34,795 bases of DNA from an uncultured Bacillota bacterium (GTDB lineage: Bacteria; Bacillota_I; Bacilli_A; RF39; UBA660), in the NCBI GenBank assembly GCA_947165195.1, contig CAMUZJ010000003.1, forward strand, positions 1 to 34,795. The letters are read 5' to 3'. The notes under the pieces are model-generated. The model was not told the origin of the DNA. It saw nothing but the letters and a program-made list of their open reading frames with translations, and made no database searches. Below, piece after piece: positions 17,796-28,590 of the stretch. A program made the position numbers and the translations under genes. Numbering within the stretch: the stretch's first letter is position 1; every line of letters starts with the position of its first letter.

Positions 17796-18968
17796 TTATA
17801 ATGTAATATTATTTTTTACTTCTTTTTTATAAACTTCAACCCCTGGCTGATTAAATGGATCTATACAAAAAAGTAGTCCACTAAATGCTGCACTTAACAT
17901 AAAGAAGTACATTATTTCTCCTAGATATTTTTCATTTAATTCTGGTAAAGTAATCATCATACTTGATACATTTCCTGAATGGTGTGCTACTCTTACAGAA
18001 TCTAATACAATATTATTTATCTTATGTAAATCATTTTTATGAAATTCTATCTTATTAGATTTTTCTATTTTTATAAATGTTTCAAAAATAATCTTATTTC
18101 CCTCTTGAATAAATTGTCCTAAAGAATGTAAATCTCTTGTATGTACGGTTGAAGTTGGTAATATTCCTACTCCTTCTTTTCCTTCGCTTTCTCCAAATAA
18201 TTGCTTTAACCATTCACTAAAATAACTTAGTTTTTCTTCATATACCACATAATTTTCTACTACTTTCCCTGCATCAAATAAACTTTTACGACAAACTGCA
18301 TAATCGAATGCTTCATTTTGATAATTTTGTCCATTATAATATCCCTCTATAAATTTTTTTAAATCTATATTAAAAGCCAATGGAAACAAATGAGCGGCTG
18401 TCATAATAGAATATCTTCCTCCAATATCATCTGGTATTTCATAGGATTTATATCCTTTTTCATTTACTTCTTTTCGTAGTGTGCCCTTTACAGGATCTGT
18501 TGTAATAATAATTCTCTTTTTTAATTCTTCTTCTGAATATTTTTCTTCCATCAATTGTTTTATTAATTGATATGCAATTGTTGGCTCCATTGTAGTACCA
18601 CTTTTACTTATTACATTAATAGAAAAATCTATATCTTTTAAATAATCTAATAACTCACTAATATAACTACTACTTAAATTTGTTCCTGCATAAAGAATTT
18701 CAAATTTATTTTTCTTAAAATAAGGAGCTAGTGCCTTTTCTACCGAATAACTTCCTAAAAAAGAGCCTCCTATTCCAATTACTACTAAGCAAGAAGAATG
18801 TTTTTTTACTTCTTCGCTTGTTTTGATAATATCTTCTACTAAAGAATTATCTATTTTCCTAACCCATCCCGTCATATAGCTATTTTTAAATTTATCTAAT
18901 ATTTCTTCTTTTCTATTCAATAATGTTTTATCTATATGACACATACTTTTAAAATCAAAACTTATCAT
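17796..18968 (-). CDS. pgi: Glucose-6-phosphate isomerase
   Basis: IGIGGSFLG, ISKSGTTME, DIGGRYS, QLFGESEGK, DLHSLGQ and PFNQPGVEVYK. Confidence 0.95.
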   Translation of the reverse strand: MISFDFKSMCHIDKTLLNRKEEILDKFKNSYMTGWVRKIDNSLVEDIIKTSEEVKKHSSCLVVIGIGGSFLGSYSVEKALAPYFKKNKFEILYAGTNLSSSYISELLDYLKDIDFSINVISKSGTTMEPTIAYQLIKQLMEEKYSEEELKKRIIITTDPVKGTLRKEVNEKGYKSYEIPDDIGGRYSIMTAAHLFPLAFNIDLKKFIEGYYNGQNYQNEAFDYAVCRKSLFDAGKVVENYVVYEEKLSYFSEWLKQLFGESEGKEGVGILPTSTVHTRDLHSLGQFIQEGNKIIFETFIKIEKSNKIEFHKNDLHKINNIVLDSVRVAHHSGNVSSMMITLPELNEKYLGEIMYFFMLSAAFSGLLFCIDPFNQPGVEVYKKEVKNNITL

Positions 18969-19024
18969 GTCAAAATCCTCCTCAATTCTAACTATAATTA
19001 TATCACAAGTTAGTTATAGAGCAA

Positions 19025-19059
19025 TAAAAAGATAGAGAGCTTGCATTACTCTCTATCTT
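19025..19059 (-). terminator. Terminator after the cyclic glucan synthase gene
   Basis: AAGATAGAGAG-N9-CTCTCTATCTT followed by T residues on the minus strand. Confidence 0.75.
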
Positions 19060-22000
19060 ATATAAACTACTACTTGATGTTCAATTCCATCATTTGTTAA
19101 TTCAATTGTATTATTTGTTTGCTGTTTGTTGTCTAGTAATACTTCATCATGATTATCTTTGATAATACTAATGTGATATTCCGTATCTATATATCGGTAC
19201 GTTATTTCACATCTATCCCATGAAATTGGCAATTTAGGAGTAAGCTTCATAGATGTACCTGATTTATGTAATCCTAAAAGTTCTTCAGTACCAACCCTAT
19301 AAAACCAACCAGCAGATCCCGTATACCATGTCCAACCGCCACGGCCTTCATGATTTTTTGCGGAATAAATATCGGCAGCTATTACATAAGGCTCTGTTTT
19401 ATAATGCTCTACTGATTCTTTATTCTTTGATCGATTAACTGGATTAATCATTTGATAATATCGATATGCTCTATCATGATATCCACATTTTATTAGGGCC
19501 ATTAAGTACCATGAGACAGAATGGGTATATTGTCCACCATTTTCTCTAATTCCCCTTGGATAATTCATAATGTATCCAGGATTATTTAAAGAACTATGGA
19601 AAGCTGGAGTAAGTAATTTAATAATTTTACTATTATCATCTACTAATTTTTCTTCTACAGAAGTAATGACCTGTTGTTGCCTATCTTTCGGAGCAACTCC
19701 ACTAAGTATAGAGAAACTTTGAGATATTAAATCAATCTTACATTCTGTATTTTCATTACTACCTAATGGGTCTCCATTATCAAAGAATGCTCTTAAATAA
19801 TGGCTTCCATCCCATGTTTTTTTATTTAGATTTTCTTTTAGTTTTTCATTGAATTCTATGTATTCTGAAACATCAAAGTCTCTGTAATGAACTTTCATAT
19901 ATTTAGTAAATTCATCAATAATCAAATATAAGAAGAATCCTAACCAAACACTTTCTCCTTTTCCTTTGATTCCTACTCTATTCATACCATCATTCCAGTC
20001 ACCACCACCCATTAAAGGTATTTTATGATGTCCAAGGGAATGCATAGATAGTTTTAAAGCTTTTATACAGTGTTCTAATAGGCTTTCTGAATAATTAGAA
20101 TAGTTAAAGACCATTCCTTTCTCATTTTCATATTCACTTAAAGTATCTCCTAAAACATAAGGTACTTGTTCTTCTAAAATACTACTATCCTTAGTAATTT
20201 TCAAATAATGTAAGGTAGCATAAACAAGCCATAAGTAATCATCTTTATATTTACTTCTAAGACCAAATCTATTCTTCTCATGCCACCAGTGGAATACATC
20301 TCCTTCTTTAAATTGATGAGCAGCATTGATTAATATTTGATTTCTAGCTAATTCTGGTTTTATCATCGCAACATTCATAGAATCTTGTAGTTGATCTCTG
20401 AAACCAAAAGCTCCACTAACCTGATAGAAACCACTTTTTGCTAGTATTCTAGAAGATAATGTTTGATATAGATACCAACCATTGATCATATAATCAAAAC
20501 TAGTATCAGCAGATTTTACTTTAACAGTGCTTACTGTTTTATACCAGTAGTCTTTAACATCTTTTAATTCACGTTTTACTGTGCTTATATCACTATATTT
20601 CTTTATTAGTTTTAAATTTTCTTCATCACTCATTCCACATCCTAAAGCAAATACTATATATTTTTCTTCTTTAGGTTGCAAGGTAATAGAGGAATTTATA
20701 GATTTTACTAGAATTTTATTTATTTCAGCAGAGTTTATTGGTAGAGAGGATGTCATAAATACATTCACATCACCATAGTTGATGCTATAAACATTACGCA
20801 TCTTTAGATAATTATCATCTCCCATAAATTCTGTCAAAATATGTCTAGCTGTTTTTTCTTCAAAATTACCAAAGGTTGGATTTATCCAAAATTCAATATC
20901 ATAGTCTATTTTTATATTTTCTTTATTGCTTAGTTTCATTAAATATAATTTGACATTATCCTTTAAAGCTACAAACTCTGTTACTTCTGTAATTTTTTCT
21001 TCTGTTTCGCTTGATAAAATAGAATATCCAAATCCATGGGTACATTTCATAGGATCAAAAATTCTTCCATTGAATTTAAATCCTTCACTTTTATCATTAC
21101 ATACCATATCATTTGTCCATGAAGTAATTTTGAACTCTCCTGAATTAAATGCATAAGTAAATCCGCAGCCATTATTTGTAATAATCGTTCCAAAATTCTT
21201 GTTTGCAATAATGTTAGCCCAAGGGGTAGGTGTATCTTTATTGTAGATTACATATTCTCTACCTTCATTTTTAAATCCACCATATCCGTTATCTAATGTT
21301 AATTTTTCAGAATTTGGCAATTTGAGATTTACCTCATACTTCATTCTACTATAGTCACTTACAAAGTTATTACTTTGTAACTCTTCAATAGCTTCTTCTA
21401 ATGTTTGATGATCATCAATATTAAAATGAATTCTGGCAACAACTTGTAATAATGTATATTCCTCTGCTGATATTTGACTATTATCTATTACAGTAATTCC
21501 CCCTGGAGTATGATAGAAATTATTTAATGTATACATACGATACATTTCATCATCTATTTCTTTATTTATAATTTTATTATATTGACTATTTTCTTTATTC
21601 AAGATGATTAAATCAATAAATATAGAATGATTTTTATAATATTCAAATGCTTTTAATACATCATATACAAAGCTCATATCACTAATATCACTGATTTCTA
21701 CCAATACAATTGGTCTATCACCACTGATTCCAAATTTCCATAAACCAGATTGTCCTAAAGCATTCTTTCTTAATAATTCCATTCTTTCATTAGTTACACT
21801 AATTCTAGTTGTTTGATATAGATAATTAAGCATAATATTAAACATTCTCATGGTTTGTCCATTAATATTTAAATCTTTTGTATTAGTAATACTCATTAGA
21901 GTCGCTACTTTAAAGACATTACTAATAGTTCTTTCATTATCATAACTTTTTATAATATCTGATATTTGTTCTTTACTTCTTCCAAATCCTACAATTAAAT

Positions 22001-25000
22001 AAACTGTCTGACTTGCCCCTGGATACACATCAATTGTATTTCTAATACTAATTACTGGATCAAGATTATCGCCACAATAATTACTCAACGTATTATTCAA
22101 AGCTATTGGATTTGTAGTAGTATGATTTCTTCCTACAAAATTAATCCTTTCTGTTTCATAAGAGTAATCATCTGTTGGATTTTGTATTAATAGTCTATGT
22201 ACCATATAACTATTGATATTGGTCTCTCCTCTAGACTTTCTTCTAGCAATTAATGAATTAGTCTTTTTATCATATTCTGTTGAAATAAACATACTATTGA
22301 AAGCTCTATGACTAACATCATCCATGTTATCAGAAAGAATTGGTTCTGTATAACTAGTTAATTCCAAATGTTTAGTTTCATTTGTATTATTTTTAAATGT
22401 AACTTTTCGAATTTCTGCATTATGATTTTTACAAACGATTATTTCTGTTTTTGTTGTTATTCCACCATCAACTCTAGAATACTTTATTCTGTCACTAGCG
22501 AAAACCACTTCATATCTTTCAGGTTTTTCATTAATAGGTGCAAAGGTATTACTCCATATTCTATCGCTATTTAAATCCTTAATATATAGGAAAACACCAT
22601 AATCTTGTTCTGTTATTTTTCGATATCTATTTAACTGAAGTGTTCTATATCTTGAGAAGCTATTTCCTCTATCATTCATTAATAAGCAATATTTTTTATT
22701 AGATAAAACCGATACTTCTGGTAAATAGGATATGTAGTCAAATGCCCTAATATCATTTTCAATAGTTTCTTTTTCATAATCGTATTTTTTATATTTTACC
22801 ATCTTCATATCTATACTAGTTTTTACTTGAACTTTTTCTTTTAATAAAATATCAAAGGTTTTTATATATAAATTTTGATGGAAATAATTTTTGATAATGT
22901 TAGGCCTTAAGTAATTTGCAATTCCTGCTAAAATCATCCCTTGGTGATGAGCAAAATATGCTTCAACTACCCCTTTATTATCATAATCATAAGATTCATA
23001 AAAACCATACTTATCATACATTTGTAATTTTTTGAACTTTTCCATATTATCATAAACGTCTTCTGGAAATAATTCTAAAGCCATGATAGACGCATATGGA
23101 GATAGTACAATTCTATTATCTTTATCTTCTTTTGCCTTTAGATAAGGAGTAGAAAAAGCTTTATATTTATAATTAAGAGCATTATCCAATTCATTATAAG
23201 CGGCTTCACTAATCCCCCAAGGGAGGTTTTTAGAAACACTTTCAATATAGTCTTTTTGACAAAATCTAGCAAATTGATAAGATTCATCTAACAATGTATT
23301 TGGATAATTTTTCATAAATAGTAGTGGCATGTAATATTCAAAAGAAGTTCCTGACCATGAAATTAACCCTTTATGACCTTTGTATGTTGTAAGGGATTTA
23401 TCTAGGCAGAACCAATGTTTTGATGGTGCATCTCCTAAACAGATTGCTATATAACTTAATAATCTTGATTCGCTAGCAAATTTATTATAATTATAAATGG
23501 ATAATTTTCCTTCATCATCATCATAACCTATACTAAATACTTCTTTTTTTGTATAAAGTTTCCGAAAATTTGTATTATTAATTAAATTATCGCAGAGTTT
23601 AATCACTTTTGGATTGTCAAACTTTCGTAAGAATTCTCCTGTTACAATTAAACTTGCTACAAAATTACCAGAATCTACTGATGATATAAATCTACCTGGT
23701 AAAACTTTCTTATTTTTAATATCATACCAATTATATAAGTGCCCATGCCATTTTTCTAAAGAATCGACAGTCTTTAGTATATTTTCAATTAGGAATAAAG
23801 CATCTTTTTCTTCTATAAATCCTAATTCGTATGCTGATACAATACTAGTTAAAGAATATCCAATTGCTGTAGGAGATGTTCTTAAATCTAGTTTTTGTTC
23901 TCTATTTTCTTGGTAATTATCTGGAATTAAATAATTATATTCCTCTTTTAAATTTTCCTTGAAATAATTCCATGTTCGAAGTGCTAAATCTTCGATTTCT
24001 TTTACCTTCTTTTCACCTAGTTCTATACGATCATGTTCTATATCGCGACTTACATAATATAGTATGAAAGGTGCAGATAAAAATACAAGTGATAGAAGAT
24101 ATGCAAAATAATTATTTGCAATAAAACCATATATAATTAGTAGAAAAACTAATATTATGTTTGGAGTAAAATTTTTTAGGTAACTTACAAAATCTCCTCT
24201 AACCGTTTTTTCTACTTCTTCTGCTGTTATCCAATTTAATAGATTTTTATGGCTTATAAACAATCGGTATAAAGTCCTAAAAAATGCATCCATATATAAT
24301 TTTGTATAAAATGGAAGGTTGCAAAAAACAATATAGCATCTAGCTACTAGGCTTTTTCCTCCGAAGAATAAGTTTTTATAGTAAACTGTTGTTTTTTCTC
24401 TATTTTTTATATTCATTTTGCTTTTTAGATAAAATATAATAGGAAGTGCTATTTCCAAAACTACAAAAGCAAACCACCAAAGTGGTGATACAACTCCACA
24501 TACTAGAGATAATAATAAGATTAGCAATAACATAGGATGTAAAAACATTCTAATAATATTATCTAATATTTTATATTTTCCTAGTAAATTAATTGGATTT
24601 TTTATTTTGTTTCCGTTTTTATCTGGTACCTTTGTTAGGAGCCACTCTATAATTTGTACATCTCCTCTAGCCCAACGATGATGTCTTGTTATATCTGTTA
24701 AGAATTTTGATGGAAAGTCATCAATAAACTCAATATCTGATACATATCCACATCTTAAATAGTTTCCTTCTAACAAATCATGGGAAAGAATTAAATTATC
24801 TGGAAAAGCGTTCGATAACACTTTATCAAATACTTCCAAGTCATAAATGCCTTTTCCTACAAAACTTCCTTCATGAAAGCAATCTTGATAAACATCAGGT
24901 ACAACAGCTGTATATGTATCAAATCCTCCTATTCCAGCAAAAATTTGGCTATATAAGCTTTTATTAGTAGCTTCAATATCTACACTTACCCTAGGTTGCA

Positions 25001-26708
25001 TTAATCCATATCCAGAAATAACCTTGTTCCCTTCTTTATTTAATACAGGTTTGTTTAATGGATGAGACATACATCCTACTAAATTTAATACAGTATTTAA
25101 TACAACCCTTGTATCCGTATCTAAAGTAATTACATACTTAATGTTTAAATCATGTTCATGTAGCATGTTAACGTTAAAGTATTTTTCTTCAGATTCTTTG
25201 TCTAATTTATTTAAAAGAATCTTATTAAAATGTAGTAGTGCCCCTCTTTTTCGTTCATATCCTAAAAATGTATTTTCTTTTTCATTCCAAATTCTTTTTC
25301 TATAAATGAAGTAAAATAATTTCTTTTTATATTTCGAATTTAATTGATTAGCATATTCTTCACCATATTTTGAAATTTCTTCATCATAATCGCATATTTC
25401 TGTATCACTAGCTTTTACATCTCCTAATAAAGTAAAGTATAAATTATTAGATTTATTTATTACATAGAACATTTCTAATGTATCAAACATTTCTTTTATC
25501 TTTTGCTTATTAGATACAATAGTCGGGATTACCACCATTGTACTAGCACTTTTAGGAATACCTTTAGAATAGTCTAACTTTGGAAGTACTTTGGTCGGTA
25601 CAAATCTAATTAATAACTGATTTAATATTTGGACAAACAATTGGCTTACTGGTATTAATAAAATTAAGAAGCCTAATACTTTGTATTTAATAAAGTATTT
25701 AGAAAGTATAAAACTAACTAATATTGTAAATATAAGTATCGTAAAAATATAGGATATTACTTTTATGTTGTTGTTATTGTTTCTTTTAAATAATTGGAAA
25801 CCTATATGGTAGTTTTTACTGTCAGCTTTACTTAAAAGACTGTCTAAATATTCTACTTCATGACAATGGTTTTTCTTTGCTAAATGTAATAACCTTTTTC
25901 GATATAAATCTTTAGATTCAGCTGTCATTTTATCGTAGATTTCATCTTCCATTAGCATTTTTTCTGTTTTACTAATTTTTTCAAATAAATCTTCTTTAGA
26001 ATATTCAAAAAATTCTTTTAAATCTCCAAAAATATTTGATACTAATATATCACTGTCAATTTTCTTTTGATATTCATCATTAATCAATTCTTTTAAGATA
26101 ATTTGTTTCTTTTCAAGTAATTCATTTAACTGTTTAAATAACTTATTACTTCTACTGCCTAGCTCTTTCAATTCTTTATTTAATTCAAATATGTAATTAG
26201 AATTTTCTTCAATAGAAAAATCATCTTTAATAAAGTGATGAAGTTCAATTTCTTTATCTTCTCTTTCCTTTATAGTTGATAATATTTGTTCTTTATCTAT
26301 TAACTTTTTATGTTCTTCTTTACAAATTTGACTTAATTTTTCTATATATATAAATAATAATACTTCTTTGATACTTTCTATCTCTAAATAAGATAGATAA
26401 GTATTATTATTTTTTTGATATTTTTTTAATTCATCAGATAATAGTTTTAAGCTAACATTATAATTATTCTTTATTACTATATCTTTTATACAAAAATAAA
26501 TACTGCTTATATTTCTTGTTCGTTTTTTTATACTTCGTTTATTATGTATAAAATTAGTTTTATGTTCAACTACTAAATAAAAATTATCTATTAGCCATTC
26601 ATTAGTAATTCCTACATATTCTTTATTTTTTGTTTTGTTAACTAAAAAATTATAATAATCGCTTATATCATTAATCTCGGATATAAATTTTCTAAAAAAA
26701 TTAGCCAT
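19053..26708 (-). CDS. Cyclic beta-1,2-glucan synthase (Cgs/NdvB/ChvB-like): GT84 + glucoamylase-like cyclisation domain + GH94 phosphorylase
   Basis: GT84: EWLIDNFY, GYERKRG, TLDTDT, QPRV, GKGIYD, LSHDLLEG, RHHRWARGDVQ, with TM helices. Middle domain: PDNYQE, RTSPT, VDSGN, SWSGTSFEY, PWGISE, HHQGM. GH94: GAFGFRDQLQD, GDWNDG, RENGGQYTH, GGWTWYTGSAGW. Confidence 0.93.
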   Translation of the reverse strand: MANFFRKFISEINDISDYYNFLVNKTKNKEYVGITNEWLIDNFYLVVEHKTNFIHNKRSIKKRTRNISSIYFCIKDIVIKNNYNVSLKLLSDELKKYQKNNNTYLSYLEIESIKEVLLFIYIEKLSQICKEEHKKLIDKEQILSTIKEREDKEIELHHFIKDDFSIEENSNYIFELNKELKELGSRSNKLFKQLNELLEKKQIILKELINDEYQKKIDSDILVSNIFGDLKEFFEYSKEDLFEKISKTEKMLMEDEIYDKMTAESKDLYRKRLLHLAKKNHCHEVEYLDSLLSKADSKNYHIGFQLFKRNNNNNIKVISYIFTILIFTILVSFILSKYFIKYKVLGFLILLIPVSQLFVQILNQLLIRFVPTKVLPKLDYSKGIPKSASTMVVIPTIVSNKQKIKEMFDTLEMFYVINKSNNLYFTLLGDVKASDTEICDYDEEISKYGEEYANQLNSKYKKKLFYFIYRKRIWNEKENTFLGYERKRGALLHFNKILLNKLDKESEEKYFNVNMLHEHDLNIKYVITLDTDTRVVLNTVLNLVGCMSHPLNKPVLNKEGNKVISGYGLMQPRVSVDIEATNKSLYSQIFAGIGGFDTYTAVVPDVYQDCFHEGSFVGKGIYDLEVFDKVLSNAFPDNLILSHDLLEGNYLRCGYVSDIEFIDDFPSKFLTDITRHHRWARGDVQIIEWLLTKVPDKNGNKIKNPINLLGKYKILDNIIRMFLHPMLLLILLLSLVCGVVSPLWWFAFVVLEIALPIIFYLKSKMNIKNREKTTVYYKNLFFGGKSLVARCYIVFCNLPFYTKLYMDAFFRTLYRLFISHKNLLNWITAEEVEKTVRGDFVSYLKNFTPNIILVFLLIIYGFIANNYFAYLLSLVFLSAPFILYYVSRDIEHDRIELGEKKVKEIEDLALRTWNYFKENLKEEYNYLIPDNYQENREQKLDLRTSPTAIGYSLTSIVSAYELGFIEEKDALFLIENILKTVDSLEKWHGHLYNWYDIKNKKVLPGRFISSVDSGNFVASLIVTGEFLRKFDNPKVIKLCDNLINNTNFRKLYTKKEVFSIGYDDDEGKLSIYNYNKFASESRLLSYIAICLGDAPSKHWFCLDKSLTTYKGHKGLISWSGTSFEYYMPLLFMKNYPNTLLDESYQFARFCQKDYIESVSKNLPWGISEAAYNELDNALNYKYKAFSTPYLKAKEDKDNRIVLSPYASIMALELFPEDVYDNMEKFKKLQMYDKYGFYESYDYDNKGVVEAYFAHHQGMILAGIANYLRPNIIKNYFHQNLYIKTFDILLKEKVQVKTSIDMKMVKYKKYDYEKETIENDIRAFDYISYLPEVSVLSNKKYCLLMNDRGNSFSRYRTLQLNRYRKITEQDYGVFLYIKDLNSDRIWSNTFAPINEKPERYEVVFASDRIKYSRVDGGITTKTEIIVCKNHNAEIRKVTFKNNTNETKHLELTSYTEPILSDNMDDVSHRAFNSMFISTEYDKKTNSLIARRKSRGETNINSYMVHRLLIQNPTDDYSYETERINFVGRNHTTTNPIALNNTLSNYCGDNLDPVISIRNTIDVYPGASQTVYLIVGFGRSKEQISDIIKSYDNERTISNVFKVATLMSITNTKDLNINGQTMRMFNIMLNYLYQTTRISVTNERMELLRKNALGQSGLWKFGISGDRPIVLVEISDISDMSFVYDVLKAFEYYKNHSIFIDLIILNKENSQYNKIINKEIDDEMYRMYTLNNFYHTPGGITVIDNSQISAEEYTLLQVVARIHFNIDDHQTLEEAIEELQSNNFVSDYSRMKYEVNLKLPNSEKLTLDNGYGGFKNEGREYVIYNKDTPTPWANIIANKNFGTIITNNGCGFTYAFNSGEFKITSWTNDMVCNDKSEGFKFNGRIFDPMKCTHGFGYSILSSETEEKITEVTEFVALKDNVKLYLMKLSNKENIKIDYDIEFWINPTFGNFEEKTARHILTEFMGDDNYLKMRNVYSINYGDVNVFMTSSLPINSAEINKILVKSINSSITLQPKEEKYIVFALGCGMSDEENLKLIKKYSDISTVKRELKDVKDYWYKTVSTVKVKSADTSFDYMINGWYLYQTLSSRILAKSGFYQVSGAFGFRDQLQDSMNVAMIKPELARNQILINAAHQFKEGDVFHWWHEKNRFGLRSKYKDDYLWLVYATLHYLKITKDSSILEEQVPYVLGDTLSEYENEKGMVFNYSNYSESLLEHCIKALKLSMHSLGHHKIPLMGGGDWNDGMNRVGIKGKGESVWLGFFLYLIIDEFTKYMKVHYRDFDVSEYIEFNEKLKENLNKKTWDGSHYLRAFFDNGDPLGSNENTECKIDLISQSFSILSGVAPKDRQQQVITSVEEKLVDDNSKIIKLLTPAFHSSLNNPGYIMNYPRGIRENGGQYTHSVSWYLMALIKCGYHDRAYRYYQMINPVNRSKNKESVEHYKTEPYVIAADIYSAKNHEGRGGWTWYTGSAGWFYRVGTEELLGLHKSGTSMKLTPKLPISWDRCEITYRYIDTEYHISIIKDNHDEVLLDNKQQTNNTIELTNDGIEHQVVVYIR

Positions 26709-26814
26709 TAATATCTACTCTCCTAAACAAAGTATAACATAAATCATTTTGTTATAACAGTCAATTTTTTAACTAGTTTATAAGTTATATAATTGAAAAA
26801 TTTTTTTATCTAAT

Positions 26815-28314
26815 TTATTTTTTTATGTAACAACATCCTGTAACATCATCGTGTCGTGCTTGAGTAGTCGCAGCCTGTATTATAATCTTTCGCAATATTT
26901 CATTGCCTTTGTTCCCTTGTGCAATTAGACTCATAGTTTGATCACTTAAGTTATCTGTTACACCATCAGTAAATAGAAATAGTTTATCATAATCAATATT
27001 TTTTATTTTATACAAGTCTGGTACCCCTTCTTTTTTTCCTAAATACCTTGTAAGTACAGAGCCCTTTTGACACCTTAATGCCTCTTCTTTTGAAATTTGA
27101 TTTTTGCGATATAAATCCCATACTATTGTATTATCTAAAGTTACAGGATAAAATTGTTCATTTTTCGTTACGTAAATTCTAGTATCTCCATAATTTATAA
27201 GATACGTATCATTTTCTGTAATTAGTGCTAATCCAATTGCTGACCCAATCACTCGAATACGTGATTCTTGCGTGTTTCTTTTTATTCTTTCAACCCTATT
27301 TGTTATAAAAGAATTAATTGCTATAATTTTTTTACCTAATGATTTAATTATCTCTGCTTGATCTGTTATTTTTGGAGCATCTAAATTCAAAAACCATTTT
27401 TCCAATTCAACAGATATTATTTCTTGAAATTTCTTATGTAATCTGGAACCATTAACAAAATCTGTAACACATAATAACTTCAAATCATTTTTGGTTGGAT
27501 GCGTAATCGCTAAATAATTTTCTTTATTATAATTATTTTTACCTTTTATTGATAATCCACTTACAATAAAATCATCTGATTTGTCTAATGTAATGCTAGA
27601 GCCGTTCAACATATAGATATCTTTATAATCTTCTTTTTTATTAATAAGCTGTATATCATAAAAATATTGATCTGCCACATCATAAAAATACCTATCATAT
27701 TCATCTCTGCTTAATTGTGGGTATCTTTTATTGAAAAACATTGAGATTTTTTCTATTGCCTTATTATAATCCTCTTTTTGTCTTTCTTTCATTTTTATTT
27801 TATATAAAAAATCACCTATTACCTCGTGATCTTCTGAATAATACTTTTTCTGCATATTAAAATTTTCTTTATTTACAAAAGCTTCGTAATCTACTACACC
27901 ATTACTTTTTATAGATAAATATCGATAATTGTTGTATTCTTGATTTTTTGAATAATCCTCATATAATCCATTGTGCCCTACTTCAAATTGATTATTGGAA
28001 AAAATATAATTAACATAGGTAGATGGTAGTAATGAACATCTCAAAGCAGAGCTTGGTGTGTCAAACATATCGTATACTTTTTCTTTTACTTTAAACAGTT
28101 CATTTTCTCCGCAATAAAATTTATATATATTATTATCTTTTTTTATATATATAGGTTTTATAATTTTATTTTTCTCTATTATATCTTTAGCAAATAGCGT
28201 AGCTACCCCGTTATTAATAAATGTACCAAAACTTTCGGAAAGTCCTTTAAGCAATTCTACTAGTGTCATATCCATTTCATTATTGTATTTAGTAATTATT
28301 TTTGATAAGTCCAT
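26815..28314 (-). CDS. Unknown N-terminal domain (~240 aa) fused to a divergent PP2C-like phosphatase domain
   Basis: The C-terminal half has NYGDTRIY, LFTDGVTDNL and HDDVT, while the first two motifs are altered (NKEN, VTDFVNG). GAGGTG RBS. Confidence 0.8.
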   Translation of the reverse strand: MDLSKIITKYNNEMDMTLVELLKGLSESFGTFINNGVATLFAKDIIEKNKIIKPIYIKKDNNIYKFYCGENELFKVKEKVYDMFDTPSSALRCSLLPSTYVNYIFSNNQFEVGHNGLYEDYSKNQEYNNYRYLSIKSNGVVDYEAFVNKENFNMQKKYYSEDHEVIGDFLYKIKMKERQKEDYNKAIEKISMFFNKRYPQLSRDEYDRYFYDVADQYFYDIQLINKKEDYKDIYMLNGSSITLDKSDDFIVSGLSIKGKNNYNKENYLAITHPTKNDLKLLCVTDFVNGSRLHKKFQEIISVELEKWFLNLDAPKITDQAEIIKSLGKKIIAINSFITNRVERIKRNTQESRIRVIGSAIGLALITENDTYLINYGDTRIYVTKNEQFYPVTLDNTIVWDLYRKNQISKEEALRCQKGSVLTRYLGKKEGVPDLYKIKNIDYDKLFLFTDGVTDNLSDQTMSLIAQGNKGNEILRKIIIQAATTQARHDDVTGCCYIKK

Positions 28315-28337
28315 TCTTTCACCTCAAAGTAAGGACT

Positions 28338-28366
28338 ATTATATCATGTATGCTTTTAGATGTAAA
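28338..28366 (-). promoter_or_regulatory. SigA-like promoter of the PP2C-fusion gene
   Basis: TTTACA-17 bp-TATAAT with an extended -10 TG. Confidence 0.7.
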
Positions 28367-28469
28367 ACGCTATCCAAAATTTGAATATAAGAAAGTTTAT
28401 ATAAATTTGCTAGTGCTTTTTTTCTATCCCTAAAATGAGCAAAAAAAAATTCTCACTTTCATTATCACT

Positions 28470-28590
28470 AAGTGGAATTTATTTTATCTATTTGATACTT
28501 TGAAACTTAAAGTTTCCATTTTTTGGTGGTATTTCTAATGTCATATCAATATAATCAACACAGGCAATGCATTTTATTTGTAACTGCTAA
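28470..28590 (-). pseudogene. Possible decayed IS200/IS605 TnpA fragment
   Basis: The minus frame reads IACVDYIDMTLEIPPK and, after a frameshift, METLSF. This resembles the TnpA segment CxDHIHMLVxIPPKxSxSxF. Surrounded by stop codons. Confidence 0.3.

Noticed and set aside
17374-23916. Plus-strand ORFs at 17374, 19253, 20581, 20926, 22368 and 23614
   Set aside because: Antisense shadows of PAP2, pgi and cgs.
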